Shown here in pieces: positions 34,553 through 44,508 of a stretch of DNA of 64,000 bases (position 1 is the stretch's first letter; every line of letters starts with the position of its first letter). The notes beneath the pieces were generated by a model. The model had not been told where the DNA came from, did not search any database, and saw nothing but the letters and a program-made list of their open reading frames with translations. A program made the translations under genes and the position numbers. Source of the DNA: a virus (lineage: Duplodnaviria > Caudoviricetes); IMG/VR virus record IMGVR_UViG_2585427590_000001, positions 5,971 through 69,970 of that record. The stretch is one strand, 5' to 3'.

Positions 34553-36838
34553 TTAACCCAGTCCTATCGGAGCTGGCCTGTTGTCCGCCGGTGCGGCTGC
34601 TCCGGGCGGTATCTGTGGTTGCTGCTGTTGCTGTGCCTGCTGGGCTGCCGCCTGTTGCTGAGCGGCGACGGCCAGTTGCTTGAGATTGTTCTCCTGCTCG
34701 GTGCGGGATACGAATCCCGCCTCGTGCAGCAGATGATCGGCCACGTCGGCGAGCGCCGGTGCGATCGCAACCTTGCCGGCGGCATCGAGCGCGGTGCTCT
34801 GCGTGGTGACGTTGGTAGAGGCGACCTTCGCGCCGATCTCCTCGGCCTGCGCCTTGCTCTTCGCCGCATCGGCCTCGGCCTTGGCTGCATCGGCGACCAT
34901 CTTGCGCAGCTGCGCCATGACAGTCTGCATTTGCAGTTCCGCCTGCTGGGCCTTCGCCTGGTTCTGCGCCTGCATCTCCGGGCTGTCTTCTTCAGCGTCG
35001 GGGTCCTGCATGCCGGTAACCTGCCGAATCCGCTTTACGATCTCGTCGCCGTTCGGGATGTCCATCGACTCGACCAGCAGATCGAGCGTGACGATAGCCG
35101 CCTGGGGGGCGACGGGAGCGAGCTTCGCCATCAGCTCCAGCAGCTTGTCCACCTGCGCCTGACGGACGCTCGCGCGCCAATCCTCTTCGGAAATGACATA
35201 GTCCGCCTTGGTGCGGATGATGTCGTTCTCCGGCAGGCCATCGTTGATGCCGATGTATTCAGGTGAGCCGCGCTTGTTCGTGATGCGAAACTGCTTCTTC
35301 TGATCCATGAACTGTTCGGTCAGAGAGAGCTTCTTCTCGCCGCGGACCTGCTGGGCAAGCCGGTGGTTGTCGAACAGGCCCGACGTCGCCAACGCGCCTT
35401 GAGACTGCCGCGCCTCGATCGCCACGCCTGAAACAGCGTTCGTCGAGCGCCCGAGGTTCTCGTCCGTGACGCCGCCCACCTGCTGCAGCATCTGGATGTT
35501 GCGCGACATGAGCTCCAAATGCCACTGCGACAGATCGCGATCGGCATCGATGCGGAGCTCCTTGCCAGACTTCTTGATGATGATGGCGTCTGGTCGCGCC
35601 ACCTCTTCCCTGAACTCTTCGATGTCATCAATGGCACCATCGTCCATGACAACCTTGCTCGACGAGAGGATGTAGAGGGCCTTGCTGGCGCGCTTGTTGA
35701 TGTCCGCCTGGATATCGCGGACGTTGCGCACCAGCCCATATGGCATTCCATCACGGCCACGACGCTTGTACCAGATCGGCGTGAACGGGAACTTGTTGTG
35801 CCGATATGGCGATGGCGAGAGCCAGAGCAGGCCCGCTGACGTGAACAACGCGACATAGGTCCGCATCGCCACCCTCTTGACTACCTCGGCCTCGCCGTTC
35901 TCGACGTCCTCGGTGTGCCCAGGCGAATACTCGTCGAAGAGCTCGCCGGCAAAGACACCGCCGCGGACTTTCTCGACTTCGGCCGGCATGCGGAACCAGA
36001 GCTCAAAAATGCGGGTGCGCATGCGGCGATAGCCGGTGACCTGGTCACTGGTGTAGCCGCTCTCGCCCTTGCCTTGGCTTTCGAGCTCGAGCTGGTCCAT
36101 CGGCAAATCGCCGTAAGCGTCGAGCATCGCGAAGTTGTCGGCCTCATCGACCGAGCGCCGCAGTATCGACTTGCGCTTGGGGAAGATGGCGCAGGCAACA
36201 TCGAGGTCTACCCACTTCGAGCGCCCGACATAGCGACCATCCTCGATGTCGAGCTGCGTCGCGGTGCTGTCCCACAGCATGTTGCGCCAGTTCTCGTAGC
36301 GGGAATAGATCGGCTCGCCTTCCTCGTCGCCCTGCCAACCGTCCTCCATCCAGCCGATGCCCACCTTCGCCGCATCAGCAAAGGCGCGGCTGACCTCGAA
36401 GGGCTCACGGTTGGCGTCGGAAAGGTATTTCAGCAGTTCGGTTTTTCGCTCCGCCGGTTTTCCGTCTTCCTTCCGCCGCGGCAGGACCTTGAAATCGGTC
36501 CTGTTGTTCTTCTCCGTGCCGATGACCCAATCGACCGTGGTGGCGGTGACGTTGAAGACGAGCGGCATCTGACCGCGATCGCGCAGCGTCTGCGCATCGT
36601 CCTCGGTCCACTGGATGCTGTCGTAGAAATCCTCGTCGATCGCCTGATCGCGGCGATTGTCCGCCTGTCGATCGAGCTCGCGCTGCCAGATGTCGAGCAG
36701 GCGGAGATGCAGCCGCTGCATTGGGCCGCTGTCGAGCTTGTTGCCCGCGACCTGGCGCATTGGCGCCGGGGTGTCCGGTATGGGGGACTTGTATTTCTTC
36801 TTTCGGACGGAGCCGTCATCCGCCTGAAGATCAAACAT
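34553..36838 (-). CDS. Portal protein (P22-like)
   Basis: DFYDSIQW..L..RGQ.PL.FN, PYRHNKFPF.P, YGLVR..RD.Q..IN, SGVAI..RQ.QG; C-terminal helical barrel. Confidence 0.92.
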   Translation of the reverse strand: MFDLQADDGSVRKKKYKSPIPDTPAPMRQVAGNKLDSGPMQRLHLRLLDIWQRELDRQADNRRDQAIDEDFYDSIQWTEDDAQTLRDRGQMPLVFNVTATTVDWVIGTEKNNRTDFKVLPRRKEDGKPAERKTELLKYLSDANREPFEVSRAFADAAKVGIGWMEDGWQGDEEGEPIYSRYENWRNMLWDSTATQLDIEDGRYVGRSKWVDLDVACAIFPKRKSILRRSVDEADNFAMLDAYGDLPMDQLELESQGKGESGYTSDQVTGYRRMRTRIFELWFRMPAEVEKVRGGVFAGELFDEYSPGHTEDVENGEAEVVKRVAMRTYVALFTSAGLLWLSPSPYRHNKFPFTPIWYKRRGRDGMPYGLVRNVRDIQADINKRASKALYILSSSKVVMDDGAIDDIEEFREEVARPDAIIIKKSGKELRIDADRDLSQWHLELMSRNIQMLQQVGGVTDENLGRSTNAVSGVAIEARQSQGALATSGLFDNHRLAQQVRGEKKLSLTEQFMDQKKQFRITNKRGSPEYIGINDGLPENDIIRTKADYVISEEDWRASVRQAQVDKLLELMAKLAPVAPQAAIVTLDLLVESMDIPNGDEIVKRIRQVTGMQDPDAEEDSPEMQAQNQAKAQQAELQMQTVMAQLRKMVADAAKAEADAAKSKAQAEEIGAKVASTNVTTQSTALDAAGKVAIAPALADVADHLLHEAGFVSRTEQENNLKQLAVAAQQQAAAQQAQQQQQPQIPPGAAAPADNRPAPIGLG

Positions 36839-37259
36839 CTCTCATCTCCGTTTCCACAGTCCTGCCGGTGCTGTGGTTGATCATGGTTGCTTCCGCGACC
36901 ACGGGCGTTGTGTCTGGCTGGTACGGGGGGATGGACAGGAGATCGCCGAGCATGTCGTTGATGAACGACGCGATGAAAATCAGCGTGCGTCTGTCATGCA
37001 GGGAAAGTCTGAGGCAGTCGGCGAACTGCATCGCGGTGCGGGCGGCTTCGATGGGATCGCCAATCTCTTCAGACCAAACCCATGCGCGGTCTTGCGTGAC
37101 CACACACGGTATCAGCCCGTCCTCCAATTCGCTGCCCGCTCGAATTAGGACCATGCAGGGCCGGAAAGAGCCATCCAGCCGCAACCATGTTCCGATAGCG
37201 GTAATTGGCCCTCGGGTTTTTGTCCACTGGCTACGATTTAGGTCTAGGTCGGGTGTCAA
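36831..37259 (-). CDS. Conserved phage protein between terminase and portal
   Basis: GGAGG RBS and TTG start; overlaps the portal start. Confidence 0.7.
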   Translation of the reverse strand: MTPDLDLNRSQWTKTRGPITAIGTWLRLDGSFRPCMVLIRAGSELEDGLIPCVVTQDRAWVWSEEIGDPIEAARTAMQFADCLRLSLHDRRTLIFIASFINDMLGDLLSIPPYQPDTTPVVAEATMINHSTGRTVETEMRDV

Positions 37260-37319
37260 GGTTGTCCTCCTGAAAGATGGAGGACGTCTTGCCCAAGGGT
37301 GAAAACTGCTGTGATGGCG

Positions 37320-38867
37320 TCATGCTGCCATCCCTGATCTGTTGCCGCGACGCACACGGGTTCTACCGCCGCCAGTGACTGCAAGGCGCCGCACCTCGTC
37401 GCGGGCCTGCGCCTTCTGGCGAAGCGCGTCCGCTGCGTGCTGGTGACCGTTGTTGTGCGGCCGGTCAGACCAGACGCCCATATTCTCGTTCCAAGCCTTG
37501 CGGTAGTTTTCGAGATGGATGATGCCAGGCGCGCATTTCACCTCGTCGAAGTAGTACGTCGAGAAGTCGTCCCGCAGCTGCTGGATGCCAACGTTCACGA
37601 GATCGGGGGTGCGATCGACAATCTCGATGTTCTTGAGGCCAAGCCCCTCGAGCATGTCCTTCGGCGTCTGAATCATCACAGCACCCGGGCGCCGCTGATT
37701 GCCGTCGTGCGGCAGGTAGTGATGCCCGAAGACATAACCACGCTTGTCGAACTCCCGCACGATGAACGAATAGGGCTCGCCGCTGCACTCGAAGTAGTCG
37801 ATGAAATGATCTGCCATGCCGACGGCTTGATGAAACCAGATGGCGATATCGTCGTTCACGCCAAGGTCCCAAAAGGTGTTGACCGGGATGCTCGGCATGT
37901 ACGGCACTTTGGTGATGCGCCCATCGAGGCGGCAGCGCTCTAGCTGCTTGGCGAGGTACACGCCCTCAGTCGAAACCTTGAACGCCTCTTCCAGCGTCGT
38001 CGGGTACTCCGACCACATCTTCTCGTCTTCGTCGGCGAAGGTATTGCGGCGCGTCGCCACGTACCAAGCGCGCTTGCGAGCAGATAGCGGGCGGCCGATC
38101 TCCCGCTCCATGCGGTCGAAATAGTCGTGATCCTTCTTGCTGATCAACGTAGCTTCGGGATCTTCCTCATACTCCTCGGCATCCCACCACGATGCGAAGT
38201 GCAGTCGGTATTCCTTCTTCGACAGCTTCTTGCCGAGATCGGCGTTGTTCTTCGCCTCGGTCACCATCTTGTAGTAAGCGCCATCCCTGCCCTTGGCAGT
38301 CGACTCGATGAAGATGATGCCTTGCTCGGCGGCCGGCAACGCGCCCGTGACGATCTCGTCAGCCTTCAACGGCGACTGGTAGCAGATGATGCCGAACTCG
38401 GAGACGTGCAGCCAATTGAGCGTGGTGCCGCGTGCTGACGTCGAAACGGAGATCGACGAGCCGTTCGCGAATACCTTCTCCTTCACGTTGTCGGTCTTGA
38501 TCGGGATCATCGCCCGGATCGGCGGCGGCAGCTTGTCATAAGCGAACTCGATCTTGTCGCGCATGATCTTGGTCGCCGTGTCCTGATCCTGGGCGATGAT
38601 GGCGCCGGTCTGGTTTTCATTCCAGAGGCAGGCATCGAGGATCATGATCTGGATCAGCGTCGAGAAACCGCGCTGGCGGGCCTTTGGCACGATATTCCGG
38701 TACCAGAGGTTTTGAATGAGGCGTTCCTGCACCTCATTCGGCACGAACAGGACCGTGTTCTTGTCCTTGTCGAGGATGTAGTAGAGGTTCCGGATGCGCC
38801 AATGCGGATCTTTGAGCTTCTCTTTGAGCTCCGCCTCCGTAATGCCCGCAAGGTGTTTATACAGCAT
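37320..38867 (-). CDS. terL: Terminase large subunit
   Basis: KARQRGFST Walker A, LHVSE Walker B, ESTA motif III, WDLG nuclease motif, HAADA; start re-called to MLYKH. Confidence 0.95.
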   Translation of the reverse strand: MLYKHLAGITEAELKEKLKDPHWRIRNLYYILDKDKNTVLFVPNEVQERLIQNLWYRNIVPKARQRGFSTLIQIMILDACLWNENQTGAIIAQDQDTATKIMRDKIEFAYDKLPPPIRAMIPIKTDNVKEKVFANGSSISVSTSARGTTLNWLHVSEFGIICYQSPLKADEIVTGALPAAEQGIIFIESTAKGRDGAYYKMVTEAKNNADLGKKLSKKEYRLHFASWWDAEEYEEDPEATLISKKDHDYFDRMEREIGRPLSARKRAWYVATRRNTFADEDEKMWSEYPTTLEEAFKVSTEGVYLAKQLERCRLDGRITKVPYMPSIPVNTFWDLGVNDDIAIWFHQAVGMADHFIDYFECSGEPYSFIVREFDKRGYVFGHHYLPHDGNQRRPGAVMIQTPKDMLEGLGLKNIEIVDRTPDLVNVGIQQLRDDFSTYYFDEVKCAPGIIHLENYRKAWNENMGVWSDRPHNNGHQHAADALRQKAQARDEVRRLAVTGGGRTRVRRGNRSGMAA

Positions 38868-39771
38868 CCGTCGTGTCCTGCTCGTCGTCACGCGGAGCGA
38901 AAGCAGTGTTTCGCGGTGCGTCCGAAGATGCAGGACCGTCTTGGTCCTTGGGGGTGAAAGCGTGGCCGCTGATGTCCTTCAGCCAGGAGCCGAGCGCGCT
39001 GTCCTCTTCTACATCATGTTTGATGTGTTTGGTATCCCGCCAGATGCCGGGCCTACGGTTCTGAAGCCAGAACATCGCTGCCTTTGTATCCGGCGGCACG
39101 TGCTCGATCGTCTCGACGCGCTGCAGCTCCTTGTCGACGACAACAATCTTCTCGGAATCGAACGTGTAACCGACGGCTCGACGATAGAGGGATTCCTCAA
39201 CCTTCTTGTCGGCCTCTTCCTTGCCCATCTCCAGCGCTTCGCGGAACTCGGGGTGCTCGACCTTCCAGCGATGGATGGTGCGCAATGCGACCCCGAAGAA
39301 CTGCGAAATCTCAAGATCTGTAGCGCCAAGCTTGGCGAGGAGCTTCGCCTGCTCGGCGAACTTCTCCTCGTAAGTCGTTGGCCTTCCACCGGCATCGCCG
39401 CTGACATCGAAAGCCCGATCGAACTTCCAGTGCTCGATGCGCCACAACACGAGCGTCTCGATGTCGACGCCCAGCGCAACAGCAACATCCTCCTCGGTCT
39501 TACCGGCGCGCGTCATGATGTGAGCGAGGCCGCAGAAGCGGTCCTGGAACGACACCGGCTCGACCGGCTCCACCGAAGTTGCATTCTTCGCAACTTCCTT
39601 TGCGGCCTTCGTCGCCCTCGCCTTCCGCGTCACCTTTGGAGCGCTCTCCCCCTTGTCAGTCACGGGTTTCGTCGCTTTGGCCTTCCCCCGCTTCACAGCC
39701 GACTTGTCCTTTAGGGGTGACAAAACCTCCCCGGGCTGCTGCGGCAGGGTTTTCCTCTTCCTGCCTGCCAT
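38857..39771 (-). CDS. terS: Terminase small subunit with two HTH repeats
   Basis: GRPT.Y, GATD.EI..FFGV...TI..WK..HPEF, VE.SLY.RA.G, PPDT.AA.FWL.NR. Confidence 0.85.
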   Translation of the reverse strand: MAGRKRKTLPQQPGEVLSPLKDKSAVKRGKAKATKPVTDKGESAPKVTRKARATKAAKEVAKNATSVEPVEPVSFQDRFCGLAHIMTRAGKTEEDVAVALGVDIETLVLWRIEHWKFDRAFDVSGDAGGRPTTYEEKFAEQAKLLAKLGATDLEISQFFGVALRTIHRWKVEHPEFREALEMGKEEADKKVEESLYRRAVGYTFDSEKIVVVDKELQRVETIEHVPPDTKAAMFWLQNRRPGIWRDTKHIKHDVEEDSALGSWLKDISGHAFTPKDQDGPASSDAPRNTAFAPRDDEQDTTDAV

Positions 39772-40229
39772 TACGACCGCACCTCGCGACCCGCTGCTAA
39801 CACCTCACGCGCCTTTCTGAAATCGCCCACGGTCAGCTCCTGCGACGGGCTGAGATATCCACGACGACGCTCGTCTTCCCAGTCTGGGTGGATTCGATCA
39901 GCTTCATCGGCGAACGGTTCCAGCGCCTTCGCCAGCTTTTCGCATGTGGCTTGGAGGTAGGCGTTGTGGCTGACCAATTTGAATACATAATCCTGCGCAT
40001 AGTCGATGTTGAGGCCGAAATCCTCAACGACGTTCGCCAGTCTATCCCGTTCCGCTTCCGCCTTCTCGGCTCTGGAGCGGAGCGATTCGAGGCAGTCGAA
40101 CAAAGCATTCGGCTTGATACTTCGGCTCGGGTCTCCCCTTACAAGGAGTTCCTGAATATCCGAAGGGATGCCAGCTTCGGCCAGAACCACCAATGCGGCG
40201 ACAAAGTCGTCTACAGTCACCTCAGTCAT
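39771..40229 (-). CDS. Phage hypothetical protein
   Basis: GGAGG RBS; ALEPFA motif; coupled to terS. Confidence 0.65.
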   Translation of the reverse strand: MTEVTVDDFVAALVVLAEAGIPSDIQELLVRGDPSRSIKPNALFDCLESLRSRAEKAEAERDRLANVVEDFGLNIDYAQDYVFKLVSHNAYLQATCEKLAKALEPFADEADRIHPDWEDERRRGYLSPSQELTVGDFRKAREVLAAGREVRS

Positions 40230-40232
40230 GGA

Positions 40233-40892
40233 TCACCCCTCCTGCGTTGAATGAAGGGCGGCGCGGGCGGCTTGGAGGTTTGGCCGGTAGTTTTCCGGGT
40301 GATCATCACCGTCAGGGCAGACCAGCAATTGCACGAACAGCCGATGCTTCTGCCCGTCCATGACACTGGCGAGCTTGGCGAACGGCTTCAGCGCCCTCTC
40401 GAGCACACCAACCCGCAGCGTGAGATCGATCCACTCCTCGGCGGCTTTTGATCGTGCTTCCAGGATGCGGAAGAGATCGTCGAGTTGATACCCGATGCCA
40501 TAGCCCGCGCCGAGCATATCGCGTACCCGCTCAGTGAACTCGTGGCACTGCTGGAGATAACCAGCCTCGTCCATCTTGTCGGTGATTTCACTCGTGGGGT
40601 GCCTTCCGACAGAAAAATTACGACAATGTACGGATATCGCCTCATCCTCGGCTGTCGTAGCTTCACTGGGCAGCGATCTCGGGTTCAGCTGACCGCGTTG
40701 TAGGGCACTGTCCTCGGCCGGGTGCTGCGTGGAAACGGCACCCGGTCGGCCGCCAGCGTCAGGGAGGGCTGATATGAGTTCTCGGCGAGCGGATTTATAC
40801 CTCTTAATGGTCCTGCCGGTCTCCATGATCAGTCGAGCGCAAATCGCCTTCTCGAATGCATCAACCAGAGCGCTCATCTTCTCGTCACGCAT
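40233..40892 (-). CDS. Phage hypothetical protein
   Basis: Coupled ORF; ALKPFA...ARAAL motif. Confidence 0.65.
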   Translation of the reverse strand: MRDEKMSALVDAFEKAICARLIMETGRTIKRYKSARRELISALPDAGGRPGAVSTQHPAEDSALQRGQLNPRSLPSEATTAEDEAISVHCRNFSVGRHPTSEITDKMDEAGYLQQCHEFTERVRDMLGAGYGIGYQLDDLFRILEARSKAAEEWIDLTLRVGVLERALKPFAKLASVMDGQKHRLFVQLLVCPDGDDHPENYRPNLQAARAALHSTQEG

Positions 40893-41527
40893 CAGCTGCT
40901 CCCCCGCTTCTGTCGCTGCCCACGCAACAACGCGTCCAGATCAGCACGGCCTTGTGGCCGCCCTTTCAGAGCTTCGATCAGCTTGACGTTTCCGGTGAGC
41001 GCCTCGATGGGAATGGGAGGAGAGGCAGAGACCGATGTCGCTCGCTTCTCCGGCTGCGCCGTATCCTCATCCACCATAGGGTTAATATTATCTATATATG
41101 GCTCTGGTACTGGTATTACAGAGCTATTGCTTTGCATTTGCTCAGGCTTTTCGTTGATTTTATTGCGGAATTTCGCGTTATCGCCATCATCTCGCTTTGG
41201 TTTCGTCGCGACTTCAGCGCGTTTTCGCGAGATTTTCAGCGCGTCTGCGATCTCGGACTCGGCCCGGTGATTGCTGATCTGACCCTGAGTGTTAATGAAA
41301 ATCTTACGCAGGGTAAGTAGCTTTTCGAGTAGCACGCGGACTTTGCGGAGCGAGCAATTGAGCTCGCCTGCGAGCCAGCGTTCGTTGTTGTCGATCGGTC
41401 CCCCGTTGTCATAGATCAGGTCGAGGATCGTCGTGTACGCGCCTCTCTCTTCTAGCTGAAGCTTGCGATAGCCCTGCAGAGCGTCGCCGTGGTAGCGGCG
41501 ATGATAGGGCATGGTTCTACGGCTCAT
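40892..41527 (-). CDS. DUF1376 (YdaU-like) replication-initiator-like protein
   Basis: PYHRRYHGDAL...L.LEERGAY..ILDL.Y...N.RAE.E. Confidence 0.8.
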   Translation of the reverse strand: MSRRTMPYHRRYHGDALQGYRKLQLEERGAYTTILDLIYDNGGPIDNNERWLAGELNCSLRKVRVLLEKLLTLRKIFINTQGQISNHRAESEIADALKISRKRAEVATKPKRDDGDNAKFRNKINEKPEQMQSNSSVIPVPEPYIDNINPMVDEDTAQPEKRATSVSASPPIPIEALTGNVKLIEALKGRPQGRADLDALLRGQRQKRGSS

Positions 41528-41598
41528 GCAGCCCTCCGTTGCGAAGATGCCATAGCCGTGCTTATTTCACGGAACCAAGGGTTGAAGGGTTTTAGTGC

Positions 41599-42306
41599 AT
41601 GCGGGCGAGTAACAGTTTCATGGCATGGTTCGGACCACTGGTCATAATGGGGATCTTTCTTTGGTTCCTTTTCGGCAACACCAGCACCCACCAGCTTCTC
41701 TGTGATGGCTCGAAGAGCTGCTTTCGGGATTGGATCTTCGGTTTGAGCGGTTGGGCAGCGGCAGGTGCTGCCGCTGTCACTATCGGCAGTCTCTACAAAC
41801 AAGCGAACGCTCAGCAGAAGCAGACGGATTTCCAGCTTGGCGATGCAGATCCTACCATCGATGCCGTACAGCATACGGAGTTCAAGAAGAGAGCAGTCCT
41901 GCGGATTAGAAATTGGAACCGACGGTCTATGATCATCCGCGAAGTTCGACTGTTGCACAGAGAGGCAATCTCGGTGATCTACGTCGCATTCGATAAGAAG
42001 GGGCTCGAAAGAGAAGGCATGCTGCAGCATAAGTCCAATTGGGCCTCTGATTTCAGTGAAACGATGAGGTTTACCCCGGCGATTATGTTGGAAGGTTGGG
42101 TTCGACGTGATCAGGAACCGCCGCTGCTGAAACTCCGCGTAACTGCCAAAAAGCAAGGTGGCGTAGACATCGAGGACGATTGGAGGACAACTCCTATCGT
42201 CGTCATCTATGAGTTGGTTGGCCTCGGAGAGATTTTTACACAGACTGTGAGCGTTCATCTCGCCAGCTCGGTCGTCGACCTTGGTGGGGATGCCGGATTT
42301 GAATAA
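41599..42306 (+). CDS. Membrane-anchored moron protein, opposite strand to its operon
   Basis: Two N-terminal hydrophobic segments; AT-richer; start uncertain. Confidence 0.6.
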   Translation: MRASNSFMAWFGPLVIMGIFLWFLFGNTSTHQLLCDGSKSCFRDWIFGLSGWAAAGAAAVTIGSLYKQANAQQKQTDFQLGDADPTIDAVQHTEFKKRAVLRIRNWNRRSMIIREVRLLHREAISVIYVAFDKKGLEREGMLQHKSNWASDFSETMRFTPAIMLEGWVRRDQEPPLLKLRVTAKKQGGVDIEDDWRTTPIVVIYELVGLGEIFTQTVSVHLASSVVDLGGDAGFE

Positions 42307-42324
42307 GCTAGGAAGTTCCACTCG

Positions 42325-42726
42325 TCAGCCCTCCGGGGGGGCTTCGATCATGCCGAGCGCGTGCAAGTAGGTATCGAGGATCGCGTCCTCTTCCATCCGC
42401 TCCTGCTCGTCCTTCCTGCGCAGGGCGACAACCTTCTTCAGTATCTTGGTGTCGAAGCCCATGCCTTTGGCCTCGCCGTAGACATCCTTGATGTCGTCGG
42501 CGACGGTCTTCTTCTCCTCTTCCAGGCGCTCTATACGCTCGATGAAGGCACGGAGCTGGTCGCGCGCAACACCGTGCGCGTCTGCGGCACCCGTTTGGCG
42601 TGGCGTAAAGGCCTCTATCTGCCGCTTGTCAGCGGGAACGATGGATTTGCCGATCGCCTCGGCACTGGCTGACTTTGCGCCAGCCCTAATCATCCCGGCT
42701 GAAGCACCGGATATTCCACTATGCAT
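42325..42726 (-). CDS. gapR: GapR (DUF2312) nucleoid-associated protein homolog
   Basis: [48 protein letters not shown]. Confidence 0.9.
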   Translation of the reverse strand: MHSGISGASAGMIRAGAKSASAEAIGKSIVPADKRQIEAFTPRQTGAADAHGVARDQLRAFIERIERLEEEKKTVADDIKDVYGEAKGMGFDTKILKKVVALRRKDEQERMEEDAILDTYLHALGMIEAPPEG

Positions 42727-43177
42727 TTTCTACCCCTTCCTCGTCGAGGTGCGCCTTCAGTCCTGCGACCGTTGGTCTGCGTTTCTCTTTTCTCCGGACG
42801 CGTTGAGCCTTCCTCGCGAACTCGCGTTCGGAAAGGAGCTTCAGGCGGCCGTATTCTTTGGGGCGCGGCGGAAAAATCGTGACGACGGCACCGCTGGCGG
42901 TTTCGATCAGCGCCAGGAAATGCCCGTTATCCACGCTCGGAAGCCCCATGCGGACGGCCAGCGCTAGGCCAGGCGTCCAGATGATCTGGCGAACCTTTCG
43001 GATAGTGAGGCCAACGGCGCGGCAATGAGCCCTCGCCTCGTCCCTCGCGCATTCGAATGGCCCGTCAAGCTTTGTGTGCAAGATACGCTGCACGTACCGG
43101 GTCACCGCATGATTGGTGACGGCCAACGCCGGATCGACGAAGGCAACGCTTACTGCCTCAAGTTGGAGGTCCTGCAT
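42719..43177 (-). CDS. Phage hypothetical protein
   Basis: [12 protein letters not shown]...VVTI motif; GAAGGG RBS; start re-called to MQDLQ. Confidence 0.65.
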   Translation of the reverse strand: MQDLQLEAVSVAFVDPALAVTNHAVTRYVQRILHTKLDGPFECARDEARAHCRAVGLTIRKVRQIIWTPGLALAVRMGLPSVDNGHFLALIETASGAVVTIFPPRPKEYGRLKLLSEREFARKAQRVRRKEKRRPTVAGLKAHLDEEGVENA

Positions 43178-43439
43178 GCGCACCCCTTCCGAGAACACGG
43201 TCGTAGGCTTGAACCAAAACGGCCAACTCGTGCCGGCGCGATGCAATCTCTTTGGCGGGCTTCTGGTTGCCGTGGGAAAACTTCTCCAGCCACCAGAGCT
43301 TTGTTGTGATGAGCTTTTTCAGCCCAATTGCGATGTCAGCGACGGAAAGGATCGGCGTTCGCGCCGCTGCCATTCCGACCGTGATCTTCCGCTCTTCGGC
43401 GCGACGAATGATGTTGTCGACCGACGTGTATGTCTTCAC
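43158..43439 (-). CDS. Phage hypothetical protein
   Basis: 93 aa; operon context. Confidence 0.6.
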   Translation of the reverse strand: MKTYTSVDNIIRRAEERKITVGMAAARTPILSVADIAIGLKKLITTKLWWLEKFSHGNQKPAKEIASRRHELAVLVQAYDRVLGRGAHAGPPT

Positions 43440-43451
43440 GATGCGCTTCCC

Positions 43452-44147
43452 TCATCCTGCCACCTGCTGTCGTTCACCCTGCAGCTTGGCTATCTGCTCG
43501 TCGATTTCCCTCGCGCGCTCGTGCTTGGCCGCCTGTTCCACCCACCCCGGCTTTTGGCGGAGGCAAGCATTGAGAAGCGCTGGACCAAATGCGGTGAGAA
43601 GGATCATGAAATGCTCCACCGAGGGCTGAGAGCGCCGGTGAAGCCAGTTTTCCACGCTGGCTGCGGGAATGCCGGTTTCTGCTTCGACATGATGGATCGT
43701 CGATCGCGGAAACCTATCCCGCAGCCAGGCGGTAAGCCCCTCTACGTCAAACAGGAGTGCTGCGTTCTTCCCGTAAAGTTGCGGTCTGTTGCGGGCAGAA
43801 CCGCGCCAGCCTCTTGGGCCATATTCTAGGCACTGAGGCTCGTCTTCCGACAAACCCACGCATTCGGGCCGTAACTCCCAACAAGGAATGGAGTTCGGGC
43901 CGTGCGGGATGTAGGAGGACTGGCGAGGCAGCAGGGCAATCAAGTGCTGGATGCGGACAGCGTTCACAATCATGGCCTGCTGGCTCACCCGCATGGGTGC
44001 GGGTTTTCTGAAGCGATCGGCGAGGTAGCTAAGAAGCTTGTCGATCGTCTTCGGGAGGATCGCTGGAACGGGCCTGACACCCGTTCCAGCGACAGTCAGG
44101 ATCCGGCTGGTGCCGAAACCCCGGGGGTTGGATATGGAATGGTTCAT
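43452..44147 (-). CDS. CII-like HTH regulator (start uncertain)
   Basis: C-terminal HTH VEAETGIPAASVENWL..RSQP; follows cro. Confidence 0.6.
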   Translation of the reverse strand: MNHSISNPRGFGTSRILTVAGTGVRPVPAILPKTIDKLLSYLADRFRKPAPMRVSQQAMIVNAVRIQHLIALLPRQSSYIPHGPNSIPCWELRPECVGLSEDEPQCLEYGPRGWRGSARNRPQLYGKNAALLFDVEGLTAWLRDRFPRSTIHHVEAETGIPAASVENWLHRRSQPSVEHFMILLTAFGPALLNACLRQKPGWVEQAAKHERAREIDEQIAKLQGERQQVAG

Positions 44148-44386
44148 TGAGCGAGCGCCTCCGGGATTTTCGACAGGTCGAAAACGTCAGGGCGAAGAAC
44201 GTACCGGGAGATGCCGGTGGCTTCCTCGACCTCAAGGCAGCGCTCAAGGGGAACACCCTCACGCTCCCACTTCAGGATCGTGCTCTTATTGAACGCAGGA
44301 TCGAACATCGCGCCGAAGGCCTCTAGGCTCATGTGGCGGTCAGAACGGAACTGCTTGATCGGTGAAAGGGGCGTGTCGTGCTGCAT
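44144..44386 (-). CDS. Cro-like repressor
   Basis: HTH plus VP.ERCL.VE.ATGI....LRPD.F; divergent from cI. Confidence 0.85.
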   Translation of the reverse strand: MQHDTPLSPIKQFRSDRHMSLEAFGAMFDPAFNKSTILKWEREGVPLERCLEVEEATGISRYVLRPDVFDLSKIPEALAQ

Positions 44387-44395
44387 GCTCCAAAT

Positions 44396-44489
44396 GTTGC
44401 GTTAAAAACAACTTTCGTCAAGAGCCAAGGTTGCTTTTCACGCCAACTCATCAAAACAAGCCCGCTGGTAGGGTTGCGTCATGAACAAC
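44396..44489. promoter_or_regulatory. cro/cI operator region
   Basis: GTTG-N9-CAAC at 44396-44412 and 44473-44489; N10 variant at 44430-44447. Confidence 0.75.
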
Positions 44490-44508
44490 GTTAAGCAGGA
44501 CAGACGGT

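Noticed and set aside
33391-35266. Two ~430-aa + strand ORFs
   Set aside because: Shadows of scaffold and portal; low complexity
41524-42321. 265-aa - strand ORF in operon direction
   Set aside because: The + strand ORF has a more protein-like TM pattern; not fully excluded
43751-43760. ACAGGAGTGC as another leader hairpin
   Set aside because: Lacks the GCGC stem arm; lies inside a CDS on the antisense strand
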